Shown piece after piece: positions 1-9,700 of a stretch of 64,000 nt of DNA (position 1 is the first letter of the stretch; every line of letters begins with the position of its first letter). The notes beneath the pieces are model-generated. The model was not told where the DNA came from, did not search any database, and saw nothing but the letters and a program-made list of their open reading frames with translations. The stretch comes from Rikenellaceae bacterium (GTDB lineage: Bacteria > Bacteroidota > Bacteroidia > Bacteroidales > Rikenellaceae). Both the position numbers and the translations under genes were made by a program. Where the stretch lies: positions 33,544-97,543 of the forward strand of contig SUZV01000003.1 in assembly GCA_015059715.1 (NCBI GenBank), given 5' to 3'.

Positions 1-1
1 G

Positions 2-1264
2 GAGTGGTACTTTGAGCATACTGGTCGTCAGGTAGAGGTTGTCTACCAGACCTTCGACATCAACGAGGTTATGTTGGCCAAGATAGAGAATGGCCACGCC
101 GACTTCGACGTTGTGTGCCCCTCGGAGTATATAATAGAGCGTATGCTGCGCAAGGAGATGCTTCTGCCCATCCTCACCGAGGAGTTTAAGGCCGAGATTG
201 AGGCTAAGAATATCGACTACTTCGATGCCGTATCGCCATATATTAAGGAGCAGTTCTCGCTGCTCACAGCCCCCGAGGGTATCGACCCGAATGACTACTC
301 GGTAGGTTATATGTGGGGCACTACGGGAATACTATACAACAAGCGATATGTCACCTCGGAGGAGGCCTCTTCATGGGCCCTGATGTTCGACCAGAGGCTT
401 GACGATAAGATTTTTGTCAAGGACGCTTTCCGCGATGTCTACTCCCCGATTCTCATCTATGCCAAGACGTTAGAGCAGCGCGAGGCTGGCATCTTAGGGC
501 CAGATGAGACGCTTCAGCTAAATACTATCCGCGAGCTGATGTACGACTCGTCGGATGAGTCTATTGCCCTTGTTGAGAGCTATTTAAAGCGCATGAAGGA
601 GCTTGTAGCAGGATGGGAGGCCGACTTCGGCAAGGAGATGATGACACAGGAGAAGGCCTGGATAAACCTTATGTGGAGTGGTGATGCTGTATGGGCCATT
701 GATGAGGCTCAGTCGGTAGATGTAGAGCTTGGCTATGCAGTACCCGTAGAGGGTAGCGTAGTGTGGTTCGACGGCTGGGTGATACCCAAGTATGCTCGCA
801 ACACCCACGCAGCGCGCTACTTTATCGACTTTATGTGCAAGCCCGAGAATGCCATCCGCAATATGGATGCTACGGGATATGTGAGCGTTGTAGCCACAGA
901 TGAGGTCTTCGAGTCGCTTGAGGAGCTCGCGACTGGCGAGCTTGAGGTGTGCGACCTGAGCTACCTCTTTATCGACTCCAAGGGTGAGCCATTGGAGGGC
1001 TCTGACAGCGTTATGGCAGATGCTACGCTCTACCCCGATCGCAGTGTTATAGAGCGTTGTGGCGTTATGCACGACTCGGGCGAGCGCACAGATAAGATGC
1101 TTGAGATGTGGTCGAGAGTCAAGGGCGACAACCTCTCTACGGGGATGCTCGTAGGCATCATAATCTTCTTCTCACTACTCCTAATCTGGGGTATCTGGCG
1201 CAAAGTAGAGAAGTATCTTGCTGCTCAGCGTCGCGCCAAGCGTCGTAAGCACCACAAGAGATAG
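2..1264 (+). CDS. ABC-transporter extracellular solute-binding protein, spermidine/putrescine (PotD/PotF) type; 5' end cut by the window edge; C-terminal TM helix plus polybasic tail
   Basis: The frame of the 71..1264 ORF stays open back to nt 2 (EWYFEHTGRQVEVVYQTFDINEV). PotD-like body (DVVCPSEY, GYMWGTTGILYN, WSGDAVWA). The C-terminus LVGIIIFFSLLLIWGIW is followed by RKVEKYLAAQRRAKRRKHHKR. Confidence 0.7.
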   Translation, partial: EWYFEHTGRQVEVVYQTFDINEVMLAKIENGHADFDVVCPSEYIIERMLRKEMLLPILTEEFKAEIEAKNIDYFDAVSPYIKEQFSLLTAPEGIDPNDYSVGYMWGTTGILYNKRYVTSEEASSWALMFDQRLDDKIFVKDAFRDVYSPILIYAKTLEQREAGILGPDETLQLNTIRELMYDSSDESIALVESYLKRMKELVAGWEADFGKEMMTQEKAWINLMWSGDAVWAIDEAQSVDVELGYAVPVEGSVVWFDGWVIPKYARNTHAARYFIDFMCKPENAIRNMDATGYVSVVATDEVFESLEELATGELEVCDLSYLFIDSKGEPLEGSDSVMADATLYPDRSVIERCGVMHDSGERTDKMLEMWSRVKGDNLSTGMLVGIIIFFSLLLIWGIWRKVEKYLAAQRRAKRRKHHKR

Positions 1265-1314
1265 CGAGATAGCGAGGCAGCAACGTGCTACGTGTGCCCG
1301 GGCAAAGTATAGTT

Positions 1315-1322
1315 TTTTTTTG
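1315..1322. repeat. Left copy of the 8-bp target-site duplication TTTTTTTG
   Basis: Identical 8-mer directly abuts both IS ends (1315-1322 and 2495-2502). Confidence 0.8.
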
Positions 1323-1394
1323 GGTAATGATGCAAAAAGCGGCGCTTGGGTTAATAAATAAGTAGCTGAATATTTGCAAATTACAGCGATATTT

Positions 1395-1430
1395 TAGAGA
1401 TTAGTAGAAAACGTTTTCTACTAATCTCTA
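1395..1430 (+). promoter_or_regulatory. Perfect 36-nt palindrome ending 5 nt upstream of the transposase ATG
   Basis: TAGAGATTAGTAGAAAACGTTTTCTACTAATCTCTA is its own reverse complement. Its position suggests it blocks read-through transcription or translation from outside the IS, or acts as an operator. Confidence 0.5.
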
Positions 1431-1435
1431 TTTTT

Positions 1436-2443
1436 ATGTCAAAATCTCGCAAAATGCGTTGCCCTCATTGTGGCTTTTTAGATACTATTAAAAAGGGTAA
1501 ACGGGCTGGCTATTCGCGCTATTATTGTAAAAATTGTAATAGTTATTTTACGGATCGCCGCCCTTATATTAGTGATAGAAATATGTTTATTTGGTTTGTC
1601 CGTTGGGTGCGCGATAAACAGAGCATTTCACAAATATCTCAAGCGAGTGGATATAGCGAGAGAACACTTAAAAACTACTTCTATAAGATACTCCCCACTT
1701 GCCCCGTATGGCAGATACAGCGTAGAGAAAAAGTCAATCTTCTAATAGATGGCACATACTTTACCAACAAAGTATGCTTAATACTATACCGTGATAGTAA
1801 TATTAAGATGACCATACTATATCGACTTTCCAAACGCGAGGCTCTACGCGATCTTAAAGAAGACCTCCGTGCCATAAGAGATGTTGGTATCGAGATAGAG
1901 AGCATCACCTGTGATGGTGCTACGAATATAATAAAAGCGGTGCAGGAGGTGTGTCCTGAGGCTATTATTCAAAGATGCACATTTCATATTGCAAATGAAA
2001 TATGCACTTGGCTAACCAAGAAACCAAAGAGCGATGCTGCCAGAGAACTAAGACAGCTTGCATGCTTGCTTAGTAAAGTAGATAATCACAAACAAGCACA
2101 GCTATGGATGCGTGATTTTGTCGATTGGCATACAAAATATGAGGAGTATATAAATGAGAAAAGTGTAGATGAGATAACTGGTAGATGGTGGTATACACAT
2201 AGAATGTTACATCGCAGTAGCACACACATCAAACGAGCATTACCCAATATGTTTAATTATACCAGATACCCAAATATACCTAAAACCTCAAACTCGATAG
2301 AATCATTTTTTGGTCATTTGAAGGATCACTTGCGACTACACCGAGGGCTCTCGGACGACCATTTTAGAGATTTTATTAAATGGTATTTGTATTTGCAAAG
2401 TAATCAGGGAAAAGTCGCCAAAATGAGAGAGCGAGAAGAATAA
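1436..2443 (+). CDS. IS transposase with an N-terminal InsA-like zinc ribbon and a DDE-type catalytic region
   Basis: CPHCG...YYCKNCNSYF zinc ribbon. Candidate acidic residues in LLIDGTYF and ITCDGATN. Lies inside the IR-bounded element. Confidence 0.8.
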   Translation: MSKSRKMRCPHCGFLDTIKKGKRAGYSRYYCKNCNSYFTDRRPYISDRNMFIWFVRWVRDKQSISQISQASGYSERTLKNYFYKILPTCPVWQIQRREKVNLLIDGTYFTNKVCLILYRDSNIKMTILYRLSKREALRDLKEDLRAIRDVGIEIESITCDGATNIIKAVQEVCPEAIIQRCTFHIANEICTWLTKKPKSDAARELRQLACLLSKVDNHKQAQLWMRDFVDWHTKYEEYINEKSVDEITGRWWYTHRMLHRSSTHIKRALPNMFNYTRYPNIPKTSNSIESFFGHLKDHLRLHRGLSDDHFRDFIKWYLYLQSNQGKVAKMREREE

Positions 2444-2494
2444 TCTTCTCGCCCAATCTTAGCGCCGAAAAGCGCCACTTTTTGCATCATTACC

Positions 2495-2502
2495 TTTTTT
2501 TG
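2495..2502. repeat. Right copy of the 8-bp target-site duplication TTTTTTTG
   Basis: Identical to 1315-1322. Followed by a G9 homopolymer (2502-2510). Confidence 0.8.
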
Positions 2503-2640
2503 GGGGGGGGTAAATAGAGTGGATACCGCGCGAAACAGTATATACCAAAGCTGGTATCGAGAGTGCTCCCTAATGCATTGTTTGGCTACGATAGTTAACA
2601 GAGCGGCTAATTGGAAGCTGGGGGAGCTACCGAAAGCATA

Positions 2641-3108
2641 CTACAGATGACGTATAGATGGGAAGAGCGAGTATAGTTGCTCCATAAGTGACTCTACTTC
2701 AAATCCTTCGCGAAGAATTAGAAGTATTACATTATCGCCAGCAATAGTACCCAATACCTCGGGAATGGCTCTATTGTCGATAGGCACGGTAATAGCACTT
2801 GCATATCCAGGCTTCGTGGTTATAACACACATATTACCCGAGAAGGCGATATCGGTGATGTTATCTGTAATATTTTGCGACACAACAATCTCGGATGCGT
2901 GGGTAGCGTTAGGCAACATATAGACGTAGCCCTTCTCCTTATGAGGCACCTTGGCAACATGCATAAACTTAAGGTCGCGCGACAAGGTCGACTGCGTAAC
3001 CTTAAGTCCGCACTCCTCAAGACGTGCGATAAGCTCCTCCTGTGAGGAGATATACTCTGAACGTATTATCTTGCGGATAATAGACAAACGATGAGTCTTT
3101 GAATTCAT
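2641..3108 (-). CDS. argR: Arginine repressor ArgR
   Basis: MNSKTHRLSIIRKIIRSEYISSQEELIARLEECGLKVTQSTLSRDLKFMHVAKV is a winged-helix ArgR N-domain, followed by a C-terminal oligomerisation domain. Start moved to ATG 3108; the longer ORF adds non-homologous residues. Confidence 0.85.
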   Translation of the reverse strand: MNSKTHRLSIIRKIIRSEYISSQEELIARLEECGLKVTQSTLSRDLKFMHVAKVPHKEKGYVYMLPNATHASEIVVSQNITDNITDIAFSGNMCVITTKPGYASAITVPIDNRAIPEVLGTIAGDNVILLILREGFEVESLMEQLYSLFPSIRHL

Positions 3109-3180
3109 ATTTATTTCTTTATTCTTAGTAGTTTTCACCTTAACGCAAAAAGTATCTCGATTATTGTTCAAATGGACATA

Positions 3181-3188
3181 CAAATATA
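3181..3188 (-). promoter_or_regulatory. Putative Bacteroidetes -7 promoter box for argR
   Basis: Minus-strand TATATTTG fits TAnnTTTG, about 70 nt upstream of ATG 3108. Confidence 0.35.
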
Positions 3189-3292
3189 GCATAAGTAGCG
3201 CATATAAGCAAATAAATAGGCAAAAATTATTTTACATTTATTTTTTTTTGTTAATAATTTTGCCAACTTCGCTATCTCTACGTTTTTTTTTG

Positions 3293-3300
3293 TATATTTG
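3293..3300 (+). promoter_or_regulatory. Putative -7 promoter box for the surface-lipoprotein island
   Basis: TATATTTG preceded by a T-rich tract, about 68 nt upstream of ATG 3369. Confidence 0.4.
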
Positions 3301-3368
3301 CCGCGTAACGATATATTTATGGCGTTGAGAACAAATTAGAATATTAACAATTTATTTATTTTTTGTCT

Positions 3369-4910
3369 ATGAGAAAACTACTTTCAATTCTGAGCATTGC
3401 CTTGGTAACACTGATGGCTATCGGTTGTGAGAAGGCTGGCAATGAGAACACCCCCGGTGTAACATTCCAGTTCCAAAACGCTAAGACCACCACAACTACC
3501 GCCGAGGTGCAGATTATCCCATCGGATATCGAGGTAAACTACTTTGCACACATTGTCGAGAGTGCTGAAATTGCAGATATGAGTGATAAAGAGATTATCG
3601 ATATGTCACTCACATTAGAGGGCATCAAGGCCTACAAGGGCCCTCAGTACATCACTCGCACCTCGCTTAAGGCAGGCACCGAGTACACAGCCATCGCCTT
3701 CGCGGTGACCGAGACTGAGAGCGTAGCTCGCTATACCCTCACCACCGAGGCTGCATCTGAGCCAATTCCTGCCGATGAGTTTGAGATTGAGATAGAGGTT
3801 AAGGATATCAAAGCTACCTCGGCTGTAGCAATAGCTAAGCCTAATAGCTCGGCTAACCGCTACTACTTCCGTGTTATTACCAAGATGGAGCTCGATGCTT
3901 TTGGTATCTACAATGATGACTACCAGATTTTCGAGTACATCCTCGAGAACCCCAACTCTGGCGACTGGATTACTCAGGGCGAGACAACGCTTAACTGCCG
4001 TCTTGCTGCCGAGACCGACTACTTAGCCGTAGCATTTAACTATGAGAACTGGGAGGATATGCACAACCAGGATGCCGAGATGAAGCTCTTCCGCAAGGCA
4101 TTTACCACACCTGAGGGCGAGCCTGTTGACCCTAACTCGTTGTTCATTACCGATAACCTTGCAACCACACATACCAACTTCTCGTTGGACGTAACTCCTT
4201 CACTTGGCGAGGATGCTCACTGGACATACTACGTCTGGACAAAGAGTTCATACGAGCAGACATTGGCTACCGAGGCTAAGGCAAACATCGTGATGCGTAG
4301 TTACTTCGGCCTTAACAACATCGCTGTAGAGCAGGGCTATAGCTTCGGCGATATCATCCAGACAGATAAGCTCGGTAAGAAGGGCTCGAACACAATTACA
4401 GCCTATGAGCCACTCCACAACAATACCGAGTATGTAGTGGTACTATTCTACGTAGACCCCACAGTCACCGACCCTACAGAGGTCTACGACTACAACTACG
4501 TAGCTGTAGAGTTTAAGACCAACGCTCCATCGGCCGACAGTGTCGCAACCCTTGAGGTATCGGAGCCTATCATCGTTGGGGGAGGCTTTAGCTACAACAT
4601 AAACTTCGTTGTCAAGACCAACGACTACGCTGTAGACCTACTCGCTGGTGCACAGCTCTGGAACAACTACGAGTTCGAGAAGTATTGGGACCCCAACGAC
4701 TGGTCACAGATTCAGGCATTCTTTATGTTCCGCAAGCCTGTAGGTGAGGAGACTTTGGCAGCGGCAAAGAGTGCAGAGGGCGCGACTATTTCGTTCACAG
4801 GCTTCGACAAGGAGGACTATGTATTCTTCTTCGAGGTACTCAACGAAGAGAACACCGCGACACAGTTTGCTGTTCGCGTAAAGCCAGAAATGTTCGATAA
4901 CGCACAGTAA
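3369..4910 (+). CDS. Hypothetical lipoprotein (513 aa), multiple FN3-like beta-sandwich modules
   Basis: Signal peptide plus lipobox (LMAIGC). Recurrent module-end motifs (GTEYTAIAFAV, ETDYLAVAFNY, NTEYVVVLFYV, EDYVFFFEV). ATG 3369 is preferred over the TTG at 3363. Confidence 0.65.
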   Translation: MRKLLSILSIALVTLMAIGCEKAGNENTPGVTFQFQNAKTTTTTAEVQIIPSDIEVNYFAHIVESAEIADMSDKEIIDMSLTLEGIKAYKGPQYITRTSLKAGTEYTAIAFAVTETESVARYTLTTEAASEPIPADEFEIEIEVKDIKATSAVAIAKPNSSANRYYFRVITKMELDAFGIYNDDYQIFEYILENPNSGDWITQGETTLNCRLAAETDYLAVAFNYENWEDMHNQDAEMKLFRKAFTTPEGEPVDPNSLFITDNLATTHTNFSLDVTPSLGEDAHWTYYVWTKSSYEQTLATEAKANIVMRSYFGLNNIAVEQGYSFGDIIQTDKLGKKGSNTITAYEPLHNNTEYVVVLFYVDPTVTDPTEVYDYNYVAVEFKTNAPSADSVATLEVSEPIIVGGGFSYNINFVVKTNDYAVDLLAGAQLWNNYEFEKYWDPNDWSQIQAFFMFRKPVGEETLAAAKSAEGATISFTGFDKEDYVFFFEVLNEENTATQFAVRVKPEMFDNAQ

Positions 4911-4923
4911 TAATTGATTGACA

Positions 4924-6336
4924 ATGAAAAAACTATTTAATATATTCGCTCTACTCTCGCTCGCTGCAGGCTTTGTGGCGTGCGAGAACACAGAGCAGCA
5001 AATTCCAGACAACAAGGAGTATAGCGTTGAGCTTACGGCCGACAAGTCTGAGATTGCGGCTGATGGCTTGGATACGGCGACCTTCACCGTTAAGGTAGAT
5101 GGTAGTGTCACATCCGAAGAGGTGATGATTATCTGCCTTAATGACAACTCAGTACTTGAGAGCAACACCTTCACAACGACAACTGCGGGTGAGTACACCT
5201 TCAAGGCTACGTACAAGGGATTTACCTCGGATGCTGTTGCCATCACTGCTACGGCAACCGATAACCCACAACCTGGTCCAGAGCCCGAGCTCAACGTTGA
5301 GCTTACGGCAGACAAGACGGAGATTGTGGCAGACAACACCGACACTGTGACATTTACGGTTACGGTTAATGGCGAGGATAAGACCTCTACTGCCGAGATT
5401 ACGGTTATCAACTATAACGAGGTACTTAAAACCAATACGTTCACCGCTGACGTTGCTGGAGAGTTTGTCTTTGTAGCCAAATACGAGGGTGTGAAGTCTA
5501 ACGAGGTAACGGTTGTAGCTACTGCGGTAGAGACTCCTGTGCAGAAGAGCCTCAAGATTGAGTCTGACGTAAACCGCATCAAGGCAGATGGCACTGAGAA
5601 GGCTACATTTACGGTACTCTACGGTGAGGATGATGTTACGGCAGATGCCGAGATATACTGCACCAACCACGAGGGCGTAACCATCGAGGGCAATACATTC
5701 TCAAGTAGCACCGTTGGCTCGTACTCGTTCCGCGCACGCTACGCTGGTCAGACAACAGGCACAGCAGTAAACATCGATGTATATGACCCAGAGTTGGTTG
5801 GTAAATATGAGATTGGTGCTATCCACGAGGTAAATGGCGTTAAGGGTGTAATCTTCGCTATTAAGTCAGATAACCAGGGCGACACCTACTGCTATTTGTT
5901 CTCGATGGATGAGGAGGACTTGCAGTGGTCAACAAAATATGAGTGGTGTAATTGTACGTCGCAGCGTGGCGATTACAATACCAACGACCCATTCGACTAT
6001 TTCGGCATGAATATCGACGACTACCCAGCGTTTAAGTGGTGTAAGGAGCATGGCGAGGGCTGGTTCCTACCATCATCTACCGAGTTGCACTGGTTGTGGG
6101 AGATGCTCACCGAGGGCGAGCGTGATTTCAAGGCTCCAAGTGTTGCTAAGTACAACGCATTTATCGAGGAGAATGGTGGCGAGCCATTCTGCGAGACATA
6201 CTACTGGTCATCAAACGAGACATCGGAAGATTTGGTAGAGGTTGTTGCCTTTATGAACGATAGCGTCGTATGTCTTGATCCTAAGAAGGATAACATATAT
6301 ACAGCACGCGCCGCCTACCGCTTTAAGGTTGAGTAG
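4924..6336 (+). CDS. Lipoprotein with three bacterial Ig-like repeats and a C-terminal DUF1566 (Lcl C-terminal)-like domain
   Basis: Lipobox LAAGFVAC. Three ~80-aa repeats (ELTADKSEIAADGLDTATFTV..., ELTADKTEIVADNTDTVTFTV..., IESDVNRIKADGTEKATFTV...). C-terminal signature WFLPSSTELHWLW ... YWSSNE ... ARAAYRF. Confidence 0.7.
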   Translation: MKKLFNIFALLSLAAGFVACENTEQQIPDNKEYSVELTADKSEIAADGLDTATFTVKVDGSVTSEEVMIICLNDNSVLESNTFTTTTAGEYTFKATYKGFTSDAVAITATATDNPQPGPEPELNVELTADKTEIVADNTDTVTFTVTVNGEDKTSTAEITVINYNEVLKTNTFTADVAGEFVFVAKYEGVKSNEVTVVATAVETPVQKSLKIESDVNRIKADGTEKATFTVLYGEDDVTADAEIYCTNHEGVTIEGNTFSSSTVGSYSFRARYAGQTTGTAVNIDVYDPELVGKYEIGAIHEVNGVKGVIFAIKSDNQGDTYCYLFSMDEEDLQWSTKYEWCNCTSQRGDYNTNDPFDYFGMNIDDYPAFKWCKEHGEGWFLPSSTELHWLWEMLTEGERDFKAPSVAKYNAFIEENGGEPFCETYYWSSNETSEDLVEVVAFMNDSVVCLDPKKDNIYTARAAYRFKVE

Positions 6337-6358
6337 GTTATTAGCGATAATGCTATTA

Positions 6359-6392
6359 GGGAGGTTTTGGTGGTCCAGAACCTCCTTTTTTT
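6359..6392 (+). terminator. Rho-independent terminator after the Ig-like/DUF1566 gene
   Basis: GGAGGTT ... AACCTCC stem followed by T7. Confidence 0.75.
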
Positions 6393-6646
6393 GCCTGCGA
6401 GCGAGCGCACCTAACAGCTTGTAGCTAAGGCTATCGAAGGTGACCGCTACGCTCGCGCGACACTGGAAGGGGGTATAGGTAGACCCTTGCAGCAAAAGCA
6501 CTAAAACTTAAAGCTCCATACAACGTAGAATCTCCCGAAAAAAATGGTTCTCTTCAATACCCCTCCGCCCCCACATCTTTAGTGGCTATACTTTCACTCC
6601 TCCTTACACCCACACGATGACTATTGCGTAATTGGCAAATTATCAT

Positions 6647-6654
6647 TATCTTTG
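6647..6654 (+). promoter_or_regulatory. Putative -7 promoter box for the LRR protein gene
   Basis: TATCTTTG about 59 nt upstream of ATG 6714. Confidence 0.4.
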
Positions 6655-6713
6655 TAAAGTGGTGGTATGCACTAAGAACTGAAACGTATAAACTAATAAT
6701 AACAAAAGGTGTT

Positions 6714-9700
6714 ATGAAGAGGTTATTTTCATACTTGCTCCTTGCGACGATATGTTTTGTCGTAAGTTGCGATACAGCGTTTGACGATTCAAAGATTTGG
6801 GATAAGCTAAATGATCACGAGGCACGTATTAAACGTCTTGAGGAGCTCTGCAAGCAGATGAATACCAATATCGGGTCCTTGCAGGTGATAGTCGAGGCTT
6901 TGCAGTCAAATGACTACATCACCAACGTTGCCCCCATAATCAAGGATGGCGAGACTATTGGCTACACGATAACCTTTGCTAAGGCCGACCCGATAACCAT
7001 CTACAATGGCACGGATGGCGCAGATGGCACAGATGGTGGTGGCGCAACCCCTGTTATAGGTGTTCGTCAAGATGTCGATGGCATATACTACTGGACGCTC
7101 AACGGAGAGTGGCTCACCGACGAGCAAGGCAGCAAGGTCAAGGCGCAAGGCAGCGATGGCATGGATGGCGAGGATGGTGCTGATGGCGAGGATGGCAAGG
7201 ATGGTGTCGACGGCCAGAGTGGCATAACACCACGACTGAAGATTGTCGATGAGTACTGGTATGTGTCGTATGACGAGGGCCAGACATGGACGCAGCTCGA
7301 CAAGGCTACGGGAGATGATGGCGACACGCTATTTATCGAGGTACGTGAGGATGATGAGTGTGTATACTTTGTTTTGGCAGATGGTACGGAGCTTGTACTA
7401 CCTAAATATAATGGTGCTGAGATGCCCGAGTTGCAGAATAACAAGATATACTACACCACAACGAATGGTAAAAAGCTATTCCCTACGTATCAGGCAGGTA
7501 TCGATGCCATCATGCTCTCAAATAGCTACGAAGATGGTGTGGGCGTGATGACCTTTGATGATGATATCACCTTAATAGGCAACGCCTTCCATGACTGCAC
7601 CACGCTTGAGAGTGTGACCATCCCTGCGAGCGTTACGGAGATAGGCGTGCAGGCCTTCTACAACTGCACGTCGCTAAGCAGCGTATACTGCAAGGCCACA
7701 ACACCTCCAGCGGCCGTATATGTCGAGAACTCCATTTGGAAGCCCTTCGATGGCAATGCTCTCTATCGCAGCATCTACGTTGCTAAGGAGTCGGTCGAGA
7801 GCTACCGCGAGGATAGCTATTGGTCGAGGTACGCCTCGTCAATCAAAGCCGAGGGCGACACCACAGAGAGCACAGTGACACAGATATACTATACCACGAC
7901 GAATAACAAGCCATTGGATCTTACATATACCTTGTTCGATGCGGTATTTGCAGGCAATGTATACGATGCAGACCTGGATATGTGCGTACTCTCCTTCGAG
8001 GGCGAGCTGACCGACTTCCCACAAGCATTTAATTATGAGGATACGCTTGAATCTATAATCATCCCCGAGGGAGTTACAACGATAGCTCCATTGGCATTTG
8101 GTGGATGCTCTTCACTGTGGCGTGTAGAGCTTCCTCAGACCATCGAGAGCATAGGTTCGGATGCTTTCTTCTCGTGTAATGCGCTTTCCGAGGTACACAT
8201 CCCCGATTTGGTAACATGGTGTAATATCGATTTTAAGTCATCTATTTTTAAACCTTTGAACGAAACACAAACTCTCTATTTCGATGGCGTAGAGCTTACC
8301 GAGGTTGTAATTCCTTCGGAGGTGACCACAATTAGACCATATGCGTTCTATGGTGTTGCACAACTTACCGATGTCACCATCCACGATAGTGTTACATCTA
8401 TCGGAGATAAAGCCTTTATGTATTGTAGTAATATATCAAATATTACAATCGGAAGCGGCGTAGAGTCTATCGGCACATCGGCCTTTGCCTACTGCTCATC
8501 GCTGACGGAGGTCACGCTGCCCGAGAAGTTACAACATATCAATAGCAATCTCTTCGAGAGATGCGATATGTTGTCGAGCGTCACCCTGGGTGGTAATACA
8601 GTATCTATAGGCGATAAGGCTCTCTATAACTGCGCCTCACTTACCGAGATTACCATTCCTGCCAGTGTTACGACAATAGGCAACAGTGCCTTTAGCGGCA
8701 CATCATTAAAGGGCGTGTATATCTCGGACTTAGCGGCATGGTGCCAAATCGACTTCGTGGCGGATAGCAACCCTCTCAGTATATCTAAACTCCTATACCT
8801 CGATGGCGAATTATTGATTGATGCCAAGATACCCGATGGTGTAACAGAGATTAAGGCTTCTGCACTGCGTGATTGCGCATCACTTACCAGTGTTACACTC
8901 CCCGATAGTGTTACAGCTATTGGAGAGGATGCCTTTATGAGTTGTGGCGAGTTGACCACCTTAGACCTTGGTAACGGCGTGGTGTCGATAGGTGCTTCTG
9001 CCTTTTCTTACTGCGATTCGCTTACCGAGATTACAATTCCTGCCAGCGTAAACTCGATAGGAGATAGTGCCTTTGGATATACAAACTATACGTTGGAGCG
9101 TGTTAATATCGTAGATTTGGCCGCTTGGTGCAGTATCGACTTTGCATATAGCACATCCAACCCTGTAAAGTTTACCAACACTCTATATCTAAATGGCAGT
9201 GAGGTTACCGAGGTGACAATACCTTCAAATGTTACGGAGATTAAGCCGTACGTATTCTACAACATGTACTCGCTTACAAAGGTAGATATGCACGAGGGTG
9301 TAACCTCTATTGGTGCGTCAGCATTTGCACAGTGTCTCAATATCACAGAGATAACCATCCCTGCAAGCATCAGAGCTATTGGCAACTCAGCATTCTCGGG
9401 CTGTAGCTCGCTGTCGCGTGTCAACATCTCCGACTTGTCGGCATGGTGTAGGATAGACTTAGACGGTGCCGCAACCCCAACACAGCATACAGGGGGCCTC
9501 TATCTCAATGGTGTCGAGATTACCGAACTTACCATCCCCGAGGATATTACCGAGATTAAGCCTTACTCCTTCTATTGTTGCACATCGTTAACGAGTGTTA
9601 AGCTCCACGAAGGTATCACCAGAGTGGGTGCTAGTGCCTTCGATGGGTGCGATGGCCTAACCGAGATTACAGTGCCTGCCTCGGTAACCTTCCTCGACTA

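Larger units (their letters stand above)
1323..2494 (+). mobile_element. Complete small insertion sequence, IS1-family-like (single-ORF type), 1172 bp
   Basis: Terminal inverted repeats GGTAATGATGCAAAAAGCGGCGCT (1323-1346) and its reverse complement at 2471-2494 match at 23/24 positions. The IR tip GGTAATGA resembles the classical IS1 tip (GGnnnTG). The element is flanked by 8-bp direct repeats and encloses one transposase ORF. Confidence 0.85.

Noticed and set aside
2502-2510. G9 homopolymer as a phase-variation switch
   Set aside because: It lies in a non-coding spacer between the IS and the 3' end of argR (a convergent context), with no ORF or promoter spacing that it could toggle.
4704-5411. 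235-aa minus-strand ORF spanning the junction of two lipoprotein genes
   Set aside because: Antisense to well-supported plus-strand genes (signal peptides, Ig-like repeats). The Ser/Val/Thr-rich translation is typical of the reverse frame of repeat-coding DNA.
6624-6713. N-terminal 30-codon extension of the LRR protein ORF (and the 78-codon extension at 43891..44124 of the (GGDN)n lipoprotein)
   Set aside because: The extensions precede a canonical Met-Lys/Arg signal peptide + lipobox and lack coding character. The internal ATG gives a standard lipoprotein precursor.
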